Assembly: GCF_006345805.1 (NCBI RefSeq)
Contig: NC_043001.1
Span: 14,880,001 to 14,944,000, forward strand
Origin: Octopus sinensis
Taxonomy: Eukaryota
Length of the DNA: 64,000 bases
Reading direction: 5' to 3'
Made by a program: the position numbers and the translations under genes. A model generated the notes under the pieces. That model saw only the letters and a program-made list of their open reading frames with translations, was not told the DNA's origin and did not search any database. Shown one piece after another: positions 1-13,734 of the stretch (positions are counted from its first letter, which is position 1; the number at the start of each line of letters is the position of its first letter).

Positions 1-29
<29 letters not shown>

Positions 30-32
<3 letters not shown>

Positions 33-190
33 GGTAAATTTAATTTTTTCATTGTTGAATTGATAAAAAGTGGGTTTTTTCTAATTCATATATATATATA
101 TATATATATATTATATTTTGTGAAATTTGATTTAGTATTTCTAAATTGAATTTTTCCCTGTAAGTTTGGAATAATATTCCCTCATATTAT
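30..190 (+). mobile_element. 3' fragment of a Penelope-like palindromic repeat family (same family as 41275-41640)
   Basis: Matches the arms of 41275-41640 (gaattgataaaa..., tttgatttagtatttctaaattgaatttttcc...); flanked by (TA)n. Confidence 0.5.
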
Positions 191-218
191 TATCTATCTA
201 TATATTATATATATATAT

Positions 219-269
219 CATCATCATCATCATCATCATCGTTTAGCGTCCGTTTTCCATGCTAGCATG

Positions 270-271
<2 letters not shown>
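219..271 (-). mobile_element. RTE LINE extreme 3' stub
   Basis: (CAT)n followed by gtttagcgtccgttttccatgctagcatggg, the same terminus as the long RTE at 35193. Confidence 0.75.
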
Positions 272-311
<40 letters not shown>

Positions 312-536
312 GCTGCCACGAAGTTACTATCTACCATTTTCACCCCCAAGGCATTATTTGGCCTAAAGGCAATGCATAAGACACTTGCTGAAGCTACATT
401 TCAGTTTGTGATTTAAACCGAAGATCATGTGGTTGCTAAGGAAAGTTCTTAGTCACTTAGCTGTTCAGTCGTGTATGTACATGCACGCATATATGTGTAT
501 GTGAGAGTGTACGTGCATATGCATATGCATATACGT

Positions 537-2395
537 CATCATCATCATCATCGCTTAACATCCGTTTTCCATACTAGCATGAGTTGGACGGTTCAACTGG
601 TGTCTGGGAAGCTAGGAGGCTGCACCAGGCTCCAGTCTGATCTGGCAGTATTTCTACAGCTGGATGCCCTTCCTAACGCCAACAACTCTGTGAGTGTAGT
701 GGATGCTTTTTACGTGCCACCAGTACGGAAGCCAGTCAAGGCAGTGCTGGTATTGGCTGCGTTCAGATGGTGCTTTTTACGTGCCACCAGTACGGAAGCC
801 AGTCAAGGCAGTGGGTATTGGCTGCGTTCAGATGGTGCTTTTTACGTGCCACCAGTACGGAAGCCAGTCAAGGCAGTGCTGGTATTGGCTGCGTTCAGAT
901 GGTGCTTTTTACGTGCCACCAGTACGGAAGCCAGTCAAGGCAGTGCTGGTATTGGCTGCGTTCAGATGGTGCTTTTTACGTGCCACCAGTACGGAAGCCA
1001 GTCAAGGCAGTGCTGGTATTGGCTGCGTTCAGATGGTGCTTTTTACGTGCCACCAGTACGGAAGCCAGTCAAGGCAGTGCTGGTATTGGCTGCGTTCAGA
1101 TGGTGCTTTTTACGTGCCACCAGTACGGAAGCCAGTCAAGGCAGTGCTGGTATTGGCTGCGTTCAGATGGTGCTTTTTACGTCCACCAGTACGGAAGCCA
1201 GTCAAGGCAGTGCTGGTATTGGCTGCGTTCAGATGGTGCTTTTTACGTGCCACCAGTACGGAAGCCAGTCAAGGCGTGCTGGTATTGGCTGCGTTCAGAT
1301 GGTGCTTTTTACGTGCCACCAGTACGGAAGCCAGTCAAGGCAGTGCTGGTATTGGCTGCGTTCAGATGGTGCTTTTTACATGCCACCAGTACGGAAGCCA
1401 GTCAAGGCAGTGCTGGTATTGGCTGCGTTCAGATGGTGCTTTTTACGTGCCACCAGTACGGAAGCCAGTCAAGGCAGTGCTGGTATTGGCTGCGTTCAGA
1501 TGGTGCTTTTTACGTGCCACCAGTACGGAAGCCAGTCAATGCAGTGCTGGTATTGGCTGCGTTCAGATGGTGCTTTTTACATGCCACCAGTACGGAGCCA
1601 GTCAAGGCAGTGCTGGTATTGCTGCGTTCAGATGGTGCTTTTTACGTGCCACCAGTACGGAAGCCAGTCAAGGCAGTGCTGGTATTGGCTGCGTTCAGAT
1701 GGTGCTTTTTACGTGCCACCAGTACGGAAGCCAGTCAAGGCAGTGCTGGTATTGGCTGCGTTCAGATGGTGCTTTTTACGTGCCACCAGTACGGAAGCCA
1801 GTCAAGGCAGTGCTGGTATTGGCTGCGTTCAGATGGTGCTTTTTACGTGCCACCAGTACGGAAGCCAGTCAAGGCAGTTGGTATTGGCTGCGTTCAGATG
1901 GTGCTTTTTACGTGCCACCAGTACGGAAGCCAGTCAAGGCAGTGCTGGTATTGGCTGCGTTCAGATGGTGCTTTTTACGTGCCACCAGTACGGAAGCCAG
2001 TCAAGGCAGTGCTGGTATTGGCTGCGTTCAGATGGTGCTTTTTACGTGCCACCAGTACGGAAGCCAGTCAAGGCAGTGCTGGTATTGGCTGCGTTCAGAT
2101 GGTGCTTTTTAGTGCCACCAGTACGGAAGCCAGTCAAGGCAGTGCTGGTATTGGCTGCGTTCAGATGGTGCTTTTTACGTGCCACCAGTACGGAAGCCAG
2201 TCAAGGCAGTGCTGGTATTGGCTGCGTTCAGATGGTGCTTTTTACATGCCACCAGTACGGAAGCCAGTCAAGGCAGTGCTGGTATTGGCTGCGTTCAGAT
2301 GGTGCTTTTTACGTGCCACCAGTACGGAAGCCAGTCAAGGCAGTGCTGGTATTGGCTGCGTTCAGATGGTGCTTTTTACATGCCACCGGCACAAG
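537..2395 (-). mobile_element. RTE LINE 3' UTR fragment containing an expanded minisatellite
   Basis: (CAT)n tail plus conserved terminal region (ctacagctggatgcccttcctaacgccaac) leading into the 67-bp array. Confidence 0.85.
714..2392. repeat. 67-bp tandem minisatellite, about 25 units
   Basis: Unit gtgccaccagtacggaagccagtcaaggcagtgctggtattggctgcgttcagatggtgctttttac recurs every 67 bp (913, 980, 1047, 1114...); near-identical units, no spacers. Confidence 0.97.
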
Positions 2396-2931
2396 TATCA
2401 CAACTACAATTTCCATTTGATTTTTTATATTTTGATGATGTACTCGACTCAATACGTCTCCTCAAGCACAGCAGGTTGCCCTATATATGCATGCATGTAT
2501 GTATATATGTATATATGCATATATGAATACCAGGGGATGCTGGCTTTAAGGATTTTGTGAAAATGCTTGGTTGGAGGCCCAACTTTCTGAGTTCTTTTTA
2601 TAGGGCTTAGAGAAACTGAAGGACCACTGCTATAAGTGTGTGAATTTGAGAGGAGAATATTTTGAATAAAATCATAATTAACTGATCCTCCAGTATTTCT
2701 TTTACCCAAAACCAGGAACTTTTCAGCACCCTATCGTACATACATACATACATACATACATACATACATACATACATACATACATACATGTACATACATA
2801 CATACATACATACATACACACATGCATACATGCGTATGTATGTATGTATGTACGCATACATGTTATGCATGCACCCATGTATGCATGCATGTATGTATGC
2901 ACACTCACAAAATATATATTTGTATACATAT

Positions 2932-3730
<799 letters not shown>

Positions 3731-4071
3731 TTTGTCTATAAAATATTGAAGCTCTTCCGAGATTTTTCTATTGATTGTTGTATAAAAGAAAACACTTCTG
3801 CTTAATCAGGTCAAGTTGAAAACACAAATCCTCTTCTGCTACGCATTTAAGTCTTAAAGTTTAACTAATCCATTGTTTTAAGACTACTCATATCGGAGTC
3901 ACCCTTCCGAGAGTTATCTACTTAAAGCCAAGTAGGAAAGCATATTATTTTACTCATCATATTAGATATTTTGTTACTACTAGGGAAACTGTACAAGACA
4001 GAAGACTATTCCACACTGACCAATCCGCTTTCGGTGTTGGTCTTTATCTGTGGTCGTATCAGCAACCTCAC

Positions 4072-4201
4072 CCAATCTGGTTAAATCCCTCATTAAACTG
4101 TGGATTCTATATCTTCCATAACATTGCTCGAACAGGATAGAATCTGTAACTTTATTTTCGGGATTCAAAAATGCAACCAAGTGATGTATTTGGTTTTCGT
4201 T
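4072..4201 (-). CDS. Candidate host exon (NENQIHHLVAFLNPENKVTDSILFEQCYGRYRIHSLMRDLTRL), product unknown
   Basis: Acceptor tgtctttcag| and donor TGG|gtgagg; only one frame open; unique non-repetitive sequence. Confidence 0.35.
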
Positions 4202-4337
4202 CTGAAAGACAGTTTCTGTTTATTTGTATAAGTATATTTGCATGCGTGCGGGCATGCAAACATACATACTTACATCCACCATGATAGATCGTTAGCCACT
4301 ACACACATTTTTTCCTCTCCTTGTTTTTTCTGTGTAC

Positions 4338-4373
4338 CTTTCTGTAGAAGAGCGTAGGCTCGAAACGTAAAAG
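4338..4373 (+). ncRNA. Degenerate minimal type I hammerhead-like motif in a Penelope-like repeat (about 4280-4460)
   Basis: cttt-CUGUAGA-a-gagc(guag)gcuc-GAAA-C-GUA-aaag: stems I and II pair, core differs at A6 (U). Confidence 0.5.
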
Positions 4374-4744
4374 ACTTTTTCTATTCCTGAGCGTTATACT
4401 AATACATCTGTTTGTTTTGTACACCACCTGTCTTCTTTTGTTTTTTTTGTGAACTCTCCCCCTACATACATACATACATATATACATACACACATACATA
4501 CATACATACATACATACATGCACACACATACATACATGCATGCATACATATATACATGCATACATACAAACATACATACACAAACACATACATACATGCA
4601 TACATATATATACACACACATACATACTTACATACACACACTCATACATACATACACCCATATACATGCATGCGGGCATGCAAGCATACATACATACATA
4701 CACACACACATACATACATACACACATACATACATACACACATA

Positions 4745-5020
4745 CATGTCGGTTACGACGACAACGATGAGGGTTCCAGTTGATCCGATCAACGGAACAG
4801 CCTGCTTGTGACATTAACATGTAAGTGGCTGAGTACTCCACAGACACGTGTACCCCTAACATAGTTCTCGGGGGAGATTCAGCATGACACAGAGTGTGAC
4901 AAAGCTGGTCCTTTGAAATACAGGTACAACAGAAACAGGAAGAAAGAGTGAGAGAAAGTTGTGGCGAAAGAGTACAGCAGGGTTCACCACCACCACGACC
5001 CATGCTGGAGCCTCGTGGAG
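4745..5020 (-). mobile_element. SINE family S3, 3' portion
   Basis: Reverse complement matches the 3' part of 58548-58895. Confidence 0.7.
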
Positions 5021-5035
5021 CTTTTTTCTTTTAGG

Positions 5036-5222
5036 TGTTTCAGTCATTTTGACTGTGGCCATGCTGGAGCACCGCCTTTTAGTTGACCCCTGGACTTATT
5101 CTTTCTAAACCTGGTGCTTATTCTATTGGTCATTTTTGCCGAACCGCTAATGTTACGGGGATGAAAACTCACCAAGATCGGTTGTCAAGAGATGGTTGAG
5201 GGACAAACATACATAAACACAA

Positions 5223-5253
<31 letters not shown>

Positions 5254-5424
5254 CAAATATACGACGGGCTTCTTTCAGTTTCCGTCAACCAAATCCACTC
5301 ACAAGGCTTTAGTTGGCCAGAGGCTACAGTAGAAGACACTTGCCCAAGGTGCCACGCAGTGGGACTGAACCCGGAACCATGTGATTGGGAAGCAAGCTTC
5401 TTACCACACAACCACGCATGCACC
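5036..5424 (-). mobile_element. SINE family S1, near full length
   Basis: Head with A/B boxes, central (TA)n and conserved tail. Confidence 0.8.
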
Positions 5425-5437
5425 TATAAAAGTATGA

Positions 5438-5485
5438 GATGCTTACAGCACCTAGGTTTCCCCAAGCGGTCATCCATCTAGGTTC
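5438..5485 (-). pseudogene. 5S rRNA 3'-half fragment
   Basis: Reverse complement ctagatggatgaccgcttggggaaacctaggtgctgtaagc resembles the 5S box C and 3' end. Confidence 0.5.
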
Positions 5486-5506
5486 GACCGTTATTTAGAA
5501 TAATCC

Positions 5507-5712
5507 TTTCTACTAAGGCACAATGCCTGAAATTTGTGGGGAGGGATTAAGTCGATTATATTGATTCCAGTGCGTAACTGGTACTTAATTTATCGACTCC
5601 GAAAGGATGAAAGGCAAAGTCGACCTCGGTGGAATTTGAACTCAGAACGTAACGGCAGATAAAATACAGCTACGCATTTCGCCCTGCGTGCTAACGATTC
5701 TGCCAGCTCACA
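5507..5712 (-). mobile_element. SINE family S2
   Basis: Conserved core gtcgactttgcctttcatcc...gtcgataaattaagtacc in reverse. Confidence 0.8.
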
Positions 5713-5769
5713 GCCTTTGATGTATAAGAATAATAAATAAATAAATAATTGTATGTTTTGTGTCTGTGT

Positions 5770-6030
5770 TTTGTGTCGACTTTGCCTTTCATCCTTTTGG
5801 GGTCGATAAATTAAGTACCAGTAACGCACTGAAATCGATATAACCGACTTAATCCGTGTGTCTGTCCTTGTTTCTCCCCTCTGTGTTTAGCTCCTTGTGG
5901 GTAGTAAAAGAAATAGGTATTTCGTCTGTCACTACGTTCTGAGTTCAAATTCCGCTGAGGTCGATTTTGCCTTCCATCTTTTTGGGGTCGATAAATTAAG
6001 TACCAGTGAAACACTGGGGTCAATGAAATC
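5770..6030 (+). mobile_element. Two partial S2 SINEs in tandem
   Basis: S2 core present twice (about 5775 and 5960). Confidence 0.75.
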
Positions 6031-6207
6031 GACTTATTGGTGTGTTTACACAAATTGGTGTGTTTACGTCCCCATAACCTAGCGGTTCTCTTGATCGATG
6101 AAATAAGTACCAGGTTGAAAAAAAAAATACGTGCAGTCGTTTCATTCAACAAATTCTTCAAGGCGGTGCCACAGCATGGTCGCTGTCAAACGATTACAAC
6201 AATTAAA

Positions 6208-6368
6208 AGTAGATAGATAGATAGACAGACAGACAGACTCACAGACAGATAGATAGATAGATAGATATTGATAGACAGATAGATAGATAGATAAATAGAC
6301 AGATAAATAGATGGATAGAGAGATAGAGAGAGAGATAGATAGATAGATGGATAGAGAGATAGATAGAG

Positions 6369-6416
<48 letters not shown>

Positions 6417-6472
6417 GGATAGAGAGAGAGATAGATAGATAGATGGATAGAGAGATAGATAGAGAGATAGAG

Positions 6473-6508
<36 letters not shown>

Positions 6509-6556
6509 GGATAGAGAGATGGATAGATAGATAGATGGATAGAGAGATAGATAGAG

Positions 6557-6630
<74 letters not shown>
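6208..6630. repeat. (GATA)n compound microsatellite
   Basis: Directly visible. Confidence 0.95.
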
Positions 6631-7615
6631 TTAGACCCTCAAGTACGATCAATGATTATTTTTAATAAGGCTACACACTTGTTGAAGAAATATGATGTCG
6701 AGTAATATCGACCTCATTAATAGAACTGTGTCGTTTTTTTTTAGGGAGACTGAAAGAATGGATCGCAGAGTTAATACCGTTGGGATTTGAACTCAGAACG
6801 TACTCAACAGCAAAGACATTTTGTTCGTGGTTGCAGTATTTCTGTCATTCCATCGTCTGTCACAACATAATTATGTCAGTTGCAAGTAGAAAAATCGATA
6901 ATAACAATATAAGTATCGGGGATAAATGATAGCGTAACGACTGCGGCAGCGTAGGGCTGTTGCGATATTTAATGAAACAATCAGCTGTAACGGCAATAAG
7001 GATAAAGATAATGAGCAAATAAATAAATAAATGGCATCTTTACATGAGTTATATATTGATGTGGAGAGAGATATAAGACACCAGACATCGATATAATGAC
7101 TGAACAAAATTGGAAGACATCTAATTTTCAAAGTACAGAGGAATAGAGAGGTAAGTATTTCGTTTTAAGTAGTTAGAAAGTGAAAGACAAACTCGGTAAA
7201 AGTCGCCGTCGGTGGCGATCTTTCGTTTGTAGTAGCACGTTTCCGTCGATGATTTCCGTAAAAAAAACTTTTATTTTTTTACATATGGGCTTGCAGGAAC
7301 ATTTGAAGTAATGAGAGCGAAAGAGACTAAGAGGAAGCGATTTTATGACGAGGGAATTTCTTTTGAAGTTACCGAAGCATTGATGTACATGTGTGTGTGT
7401 GTGTGTGTGTTTGATGGGGTGTGGGAGACAGACAGTATGTTGTGTAAGTGAAGTGCTTCTGTTAGTGTGTGTGAAGAGACAGAGAGAGTAATGTGTGAAA
7501 GAGAGAGATAAATGAAATTTTTTACTCGGTGTATGTGTATATGTATGTATGCATGTATGTGTGTGTGTGTATGTATCTATGTATGTGTGTATGTATGTGT
7601 GTATGTATCTATGTA

Positions 7616-7653
7616 TGTATGGCCGATTCAGTGTACACTGAATCGGCCATACA
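7616..7653. repeat. Perfect 38-bp palindrome without spacer
   Basis: tgtatggccgattcagtgtacactgaatcggccataca is its own reverse complement. Confidence 0.95.
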
Positions 7654-7723
7654 GACACCAGGATTCGGACAAGTCGGTATTAGCCGGACACTTGGCAAGA
7701 AATTAAAGATGAACTAGGGAGTA

Positions 7724-8272
7724 CTGTACTTTAACGTGTACTAGCAGTATCGCCCGGCGTTGCTCGGGTTTGTTTCGACCCTTTAGAATTGGAATTTTGG
7801 AAAAGTAAAAATTATGTAGCTTGTTATTCTCTTTGAGTGAACATTTTTCTGGTTGAAATACACCGAGAAATGGCGACACAGCAGTAAAAAAAATCGTAAA
7901 TAATAGGGATTTTTATAGAAAAAAAGCACCTTTTTGATGTAAATAATTTTTGGTGTTAACATGGTCCGATTTGAATTTTTTATTCTACGGAAGGAAGAGC
8001 AAGCCTTCTTCTATCATACTCTCAATTTTGGTCAACTTGCGCCGCAAGGGTCTCGGAGGAGAAAGTGTTAGTTGAAGGCTACCTAACCTGCCATACACAG
8101 ACAAGTTCAGCTTTATATATAGAGAGATAAGGAACCCCCTAATTTTGGGGGTTTAAAATTTGGTGAAAATGTTTTTTGAGGGATTATAATACTATCCATC
8201 TATAAGAAACTCCCATATTTTTTAAATGTAATTTTTTACAAAAAAGGGTTCCTTATACACGTTAAAATACAA
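7724..8272. mobile_element. Small Tc1/pogo-like MITE (about 162 bp) interrupted by a Helitron
   Basis: After removing 7741-8127 the left end ctgtactttaacgtgtataaggaaccc pairs with gggttccttatacacgttaaaatacaa; TA on both sides. Confidence 0.7.
7741..8127 (-). mobile_element. Non-autonomous Helitron (387 bp)
   Basis: Minus strand: A|TCTCTCTATATATAAA ... cccgagcaacgccggg hairpin ... CTAG|T; ends resemble those of the autonomous element. Confidence 0.85.
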
Positions 8273-8500
8273 TAGTTATTCTAATTGGTTTCCAGTTTTG
8301 GCACAAGAACAGCAATTTCGAGGTTGGGTATAAGTCAATTGCAACAACTCCAGCGCTTAACTGGTGAAAAGACTTCCGCCCCTCCCCCCATTTTTGTGTC
8401 GCAAAAAAAGTTTTAAAAAAGGGTGGTTTTTTGGTGGTGGGGACAGACTTGCCCAACTGGTACTTATTTAATGATCCTGGAAGAATGAAAAGGCAAAATT

Positions 8501-8928
8501 GGCTGATGCCAGTACCGCCTGACTGACTCTCATGCTAGCGGCATGCAGTAAGCACCATTCATGCGTGGTTCATTTCCAGTGCTGCCTGACTGGCTCCCCG
8601 TGCCAGCAGCACATAAAGAGCATCATCTGAAAGTGGTCGATGCCAGCCCCACCCTGCTCTGACTGGCTCCTGTGCTTGTAGCACGTAAAAAGCATCATCT
8701 GAACGTGGCCGATGCCAATACTGCCTGACTGGCTCCCGTGCCGGTGACACGTAAAAAGCACCCACTACACTCTTGGAGTGGTTGGCGTTAGGAAGGGCAT
8801 CCAGCTGTAGAAACCTTGCCAGGTCAGATTGGAGTCTGGTGTGGCCTCCTGGCTTGCCAGTCCCCAGTGAAACCATCCAACCCATGCCAGCATGGAAAAC
8901 GGACGTTCAACGATGATGATGATGATGA
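8501..8928 (+). mobile_element. RTE LINE 3' end with about four diverged 65-bp modules
   Basis: Ends catggaaaacggacgttcaac(GAT)n; modules homologous to the 67-bp unit at 714-2392. Confidence 0.8.
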
Positions 8929-11702
8929 TTTTTCTCCAGTGCCATTACAATTCTGCTATATTATCACCCTAGTAGTTATACCACTTATCTATTGCTTCTC
9001 TGTCTACATCAGATTGTTTTGCAGTGCATCGTTCCCCACCAATTAAATTAAACTCTACAGAGCATGGTAGTAGGAAAAAAAGACCCAGAGAAGAAAGAAT
9101 TTGGTCGAATGCTTCAATAATGCTTGCACATACAATGCCTGTAAATTTTTCATTTTTGCTTTCGTCTTTTTGTTTTTTTATCTGAATATCTGAACATGTC
9201 TGGCAACTCACCAAACACATAACTCATTACAGTACATTGCTGAATTATTAATTAACTCCAACGGTGCAAGAAACTTAAAGCTAATTTCAATATCAATTGT
9301 CATGGTGGAGAATGGATAGGCAGCAATGTTAGAGAGTCTCCGAGTTCAAATCCTGCCAAGGTTAATTTTATATTTTATTGTTTTTGAATTGATAAAAAAA
9401 GTACCGAATCTGATGACATAAAAGATGCAGAGGTGTATTAGATGCACCCCAATACCAGCAGCATACATTCAGGAACAAAAGACTTTGATGTATTACAGCT
9501 TATGGAAAGTCCAACTTTGCTTATAAGTTCAGGGCAATTTCGGAGGGGCATATTTTAAAGAAAAAGTACATTTTGTATGCCATGAAATGTGATATGAAAT
9601 CAAGGCGGTAGATTACCAAACTGTAAAGAACTTCAAATTGAATGCTTTATGGTATTTGCTCTGGCTCTTTGCATTCTGAGTTCAAATCCCACTCTGGTTT
9701 ATGTGAGTGGAGGACTTAATCCATCAGCCATTTAAAATCAACCACCAAGTAACTTGGATGCTTTTAGCTAAGTCCACTCTGTTGCAAGAATTTGGGCCAA
9801 GTTTCCAATTTAGGATACCTCTCCCTCTTTCCCCATCTCTCTCTCTCTTTCTCTCTCTCCCTCTCACCCACTCCTTCCCTACCTTTCTCCCACTAGTCTC
9901 TTTTCCCAACTAAAAGATGTGAAAAAAAACTATCCCTGGAGAAGCAATTCCTTTCAATCAGATCAAGAGTTAATTATGTCCTCCACAATTCTCACAGTTG
10001 ACTGCTGTTTGGAAGGTTTAATCAATTCTTCAATACATAAACAATTTTGAAATGAACTTTTCAATTTGAAAAGAAAAAGAAGAAAACTCACTTTCATTTT
10101 ATTGGCGTTTTTTAGCACAAGGCTAATGTCAAGTTTTGCTGAATTAGTTTTCTCACTTTCTGGATTACTGGATTAGAACAAATGGAATAGGTACAGAGTT
10201 GCGTCATCAGAGTATAAGGGAAAAACCAATGAAAAAGATACTGAGTGACTTATTTGAGTATAAGGAATAGATCAAACATACAGTTACGTTACTCAGGTTC
10301 TACATGCAATAGAACAAAAGAAAGATATATTGGGTTACATTATCAGGGTATTTATCAATATATTGTTCAACACGGTGCCTGCGATTCTTTCACAGAGATA
10401 AGACTGATCTGTGGTTTTCTAGATACAGCTATATATATATATTTCTTTTTCTTGTTTGATAATGGACTGAGGTAGGGATGCACCTTCATTTGCCACCTAG
10501 CTTTGCCTAGCAGACTTTTTCTCCACTGTATAACTCATGTTTAGAGCATTTTTGTATGAGATTGTTTGGAAAAAAAAAAAGAGAGAGAGATGGAACTGTC
10601 TTTTTTCAATTTTTTTCACTCATTCTTTCATTTATGAAAATTTGTGTCTAAATTGTTATTGCTGCTGCCATAGTATCGTTTATTTGTATGTGTGTGTGAA
10701 TATGTGCTTTCTGCAGATAAATATTTTCTTTTCTCCTGTTGAATGTCCATAAAAACGTGGGGGGAAAAACTGTTGTTTCACAAATCAAAGTCGTGGAAAT
10801 AAATGTATAACTGTGTAGTTGATTTGACCCAGTCATTTCCATGTTTTTCAACCCCTGGCATACTGAATAATGCATTAATTCTATCAACATTAAAAAAGTT
10901 TTATAGTTGTATTCTATAGAATACGAATATTAAAATTGTTTTAAAAAAGAAAGGGTTGGTGCATGAATTGTACTTTATCACCAAAGAGTACACATATACT
11001 TGTGCAGTGCATGAAAAACACTAAAGTTAAAAAAAAAATATTCTGGAATATTCCTGCTCACCACAAAAACTTGTGATCAGGCATTCAGTCCATAAATGGT
11101 ACACAAGTGTGCTGCGACGCACGTCTGAATCAATTGATCCCCACTGCATGACTGGTACTTTATTTCATCGATTCTAGAAAGGCGAAAGGAAGGGCAGCTC
11201 CCGTTGGAGTCGGACATGGCTGTGTGGTAAAGAAATTAAGTTTTTGTAGGCATGAAGTTTTGGAGTCAGTCCTACTCGTTGACAAGTATCTTCTAACATA
11301 ACCTTGGTTAACCAATATCTTGTAAGTATAAGTGGTATATGCAAAGTGTTGAAGCATGTGGTACATGCATGTGTGTGTGTGTACGTGTACATATGTGTGT
11401 ATGTATATGTGTGTGTATGTAGAAATTAACTAAAGAACTCAGACAGCTAGTTTATAGATAAATTGCAAATAAGATTATAAGCGTATGTTTAATAAACATA
11501 CACTTGACTTTATTATGTATTATTAGATTAAATGACATGATTAAATTAAATGCCTCTCTTTGTAAAACGAACCAAATTATAGCTCCATTAGTTTTGCCTG
11601 GTTATCACCAGCTTATCATTTACTGTCTATATGTTCCTTCTTTCTTTCTTATTTATCTATTTCTTCACACACACAAACACGCACACACCACACACACACA
11701 CA

Positions 11703-12570
11703 CAGAGGGTGCGATGGGTAAATGGTCGCCATTTTATATTTTAAATTTCATGCATGCGCATTGTTTGCTTTCGATTTTGTTGACTACACAGTATAGTAGG
11801 GGCTGTTGGGTACCGTCTGTGAGAAAAGCAGCACCATAATGCAATTCACTGCCAGAAATTTGGAGACGACATGCTGTACTGCTTGGCATTCGTACTAGAA
11901 GCTCCAATACAACCATTTCAGAGTATTTGGGTGTCGATCTGAGGACATGTACCGAGAGTGATAAAAGTCAAACACCCACTTGACATCATGGTGTTTGGAG
12001 TGACCACTAGTGATGGTGACGTTATGCCTCCATTCATCTTCCCACATGGCCTCAGACTCAACACAGAGGCCTACATCAAGTGTCTGGAGAAGGTAGTGCT
12101 GCCCTGGGTCAAGAGGGTGGCTGCTTGAAGACCCTACGTATGTCTGGCAACAGGACTCTGCACCAAGCAGGAGAACCCAGTCATGGCTGTCAGAAAATGT
12201 TTTCGACTATATCACCTATAACATCTGATCATCTAACTTCCCAGACTGCAACCCCCTTCATTATTATGTGTGAGGTGCAGTTGAATGAGAGACCAAAAAA
12301 ACTCCTTGAAATACCAAATATGAACTGAAGACAAGTATTATGGTAGCATTCATCAACTTAAACAAGGAGACTGTCCAGAAGAGCTGTAGGAGATTCCAAA
12401 GTCGTCTGGAGACTGTGGTTGAAGCCAATGGCTATTTTATTGAATAAATTTACTCTTTAATATTTCAAGATATTTTTATGTAATTTGGTAAATATACCTG
12501 TTAGAATGAGATGTCAGGGTTATTTTCATTTTTGCGTAATTTTGACGACAGTTTATTCACTGCATCCTCT
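11703..12570 (+). mobile_element. Internally deleted, decayed Tc1/mariner element (maT/DD37D-like)
   Basis: Peptides IMVFGVTTSDGDVMPPFIF, WQQDSAP, PDCNPLHY, RRFQSRLETVVEANG with stops; degenerate TIRs match at about 19/27. Confidence 0.75.
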
Positions 12571-12604
12571 CTCTCTCTTTCTATATATATATATATCTAT
12601 ATAC

Positions 12605-12703
<99 letters not shown>

Positions 12704-13333
12704 AATTAGGTGGGTATGTTCTAGTATCCATAAATGTGTGTATCAAGACATTCATTAGTCACGCACAGTAATTAATTAAAATACTGTAACAACATGTGTG
12801 GATCAATTAATTGCCAACGAGTTTACATTCAAGACTAAAAGCATGTTTAATGCAACAAATGACAACAATGAAGAGTAATTTCAAATGATTAAGATATTAA
12901 TTCTAGATCAGTACATTACGTCAGCCTGCGTTTATCTATACGCCCATCATGCAGAAGGCATACCTGAGGAATTTTCCAGTCATTGTTTTAAATTATGTAA
13001 TCAATGAGTAATTATGTCCATATGTTCTCTAAGTCATTCTAAGACCCTGTAGTTAGATTATATTTTGTTGAAGAGGTCTAATAAGAGTGAAACATGTTCA
13101 TAATTTTCACCATACTTGCTAAAGGTCTGACTTGTACCCCACAACATGTCTTCTGTGTAAACTTTCTTCAGGAGAATTGTCAATAACGCTGATAGTTGTT
13201 CTTTCCCATAGTGGGATGTAATTTATATTGATTAAACATTCTTTTTCGCTCACTACACAAAGTATCTTAGCCTGCACTTAGCTATATATTCTTCATGCAG
13301 AAGGCGTTCTTAGTAAACTTTTTAATATGATTA

Positions 13334-13712
13334 AGAGTGGCTGTGTGGTAAGTAGCTTGCTTACCAATCACATGGTCATGGGTTCAGTCCCACTGCGTGG
13401 CACCTTAGGTAAGTGTCTTCTACTATAGCCTCAGGCCGACCAAAGCCTTGTGAGTTGATTTGGTGGACGGAGGCTGGAAGGGGCCCGTCGTGTATGTGTG
13501 TGTGTGTGTGTGTGTGTGCGCGTGTTTGTTCCCCACCCCCAACATCGCTTGACAACTGATGCTGGTGTATTTATGTCCCCGTAACTTAGTGGTTTGGCAA
13601 TAGAGACCGATAGAATAAGTACTAGGCTTACAAAGAATAAGCTCTGGGGTCGATTTGCTTGACTAAAGGCGGTGCTCCAGCATGGCCACAGTCAAGTAAA
13701 AGAATAAAAGAA
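13334..13712 (+). mobile_element. SINE family S1, full length
   Basis: A box tggctgtgtgg, B box ggttcagtccc, central (TG)n, conserved tail. Confidence 0.85.
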
Positions 13713-13734
13713 AGAATATATATTAAGGAGGAGT

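Noticed and set aside
714-2392. CRISPR-like array
   Set aside because: Units are contiguous with no unique spacers, no cas genes, eukaryotic context; the same applies to 36460-37475
471-2560. Three long overlapping ORFs (649, 469, 597 aa)
   Set aside because: They come from a stop-free 67-bp tandem unit read in rotating frames; the same peptide cycles in all three frames
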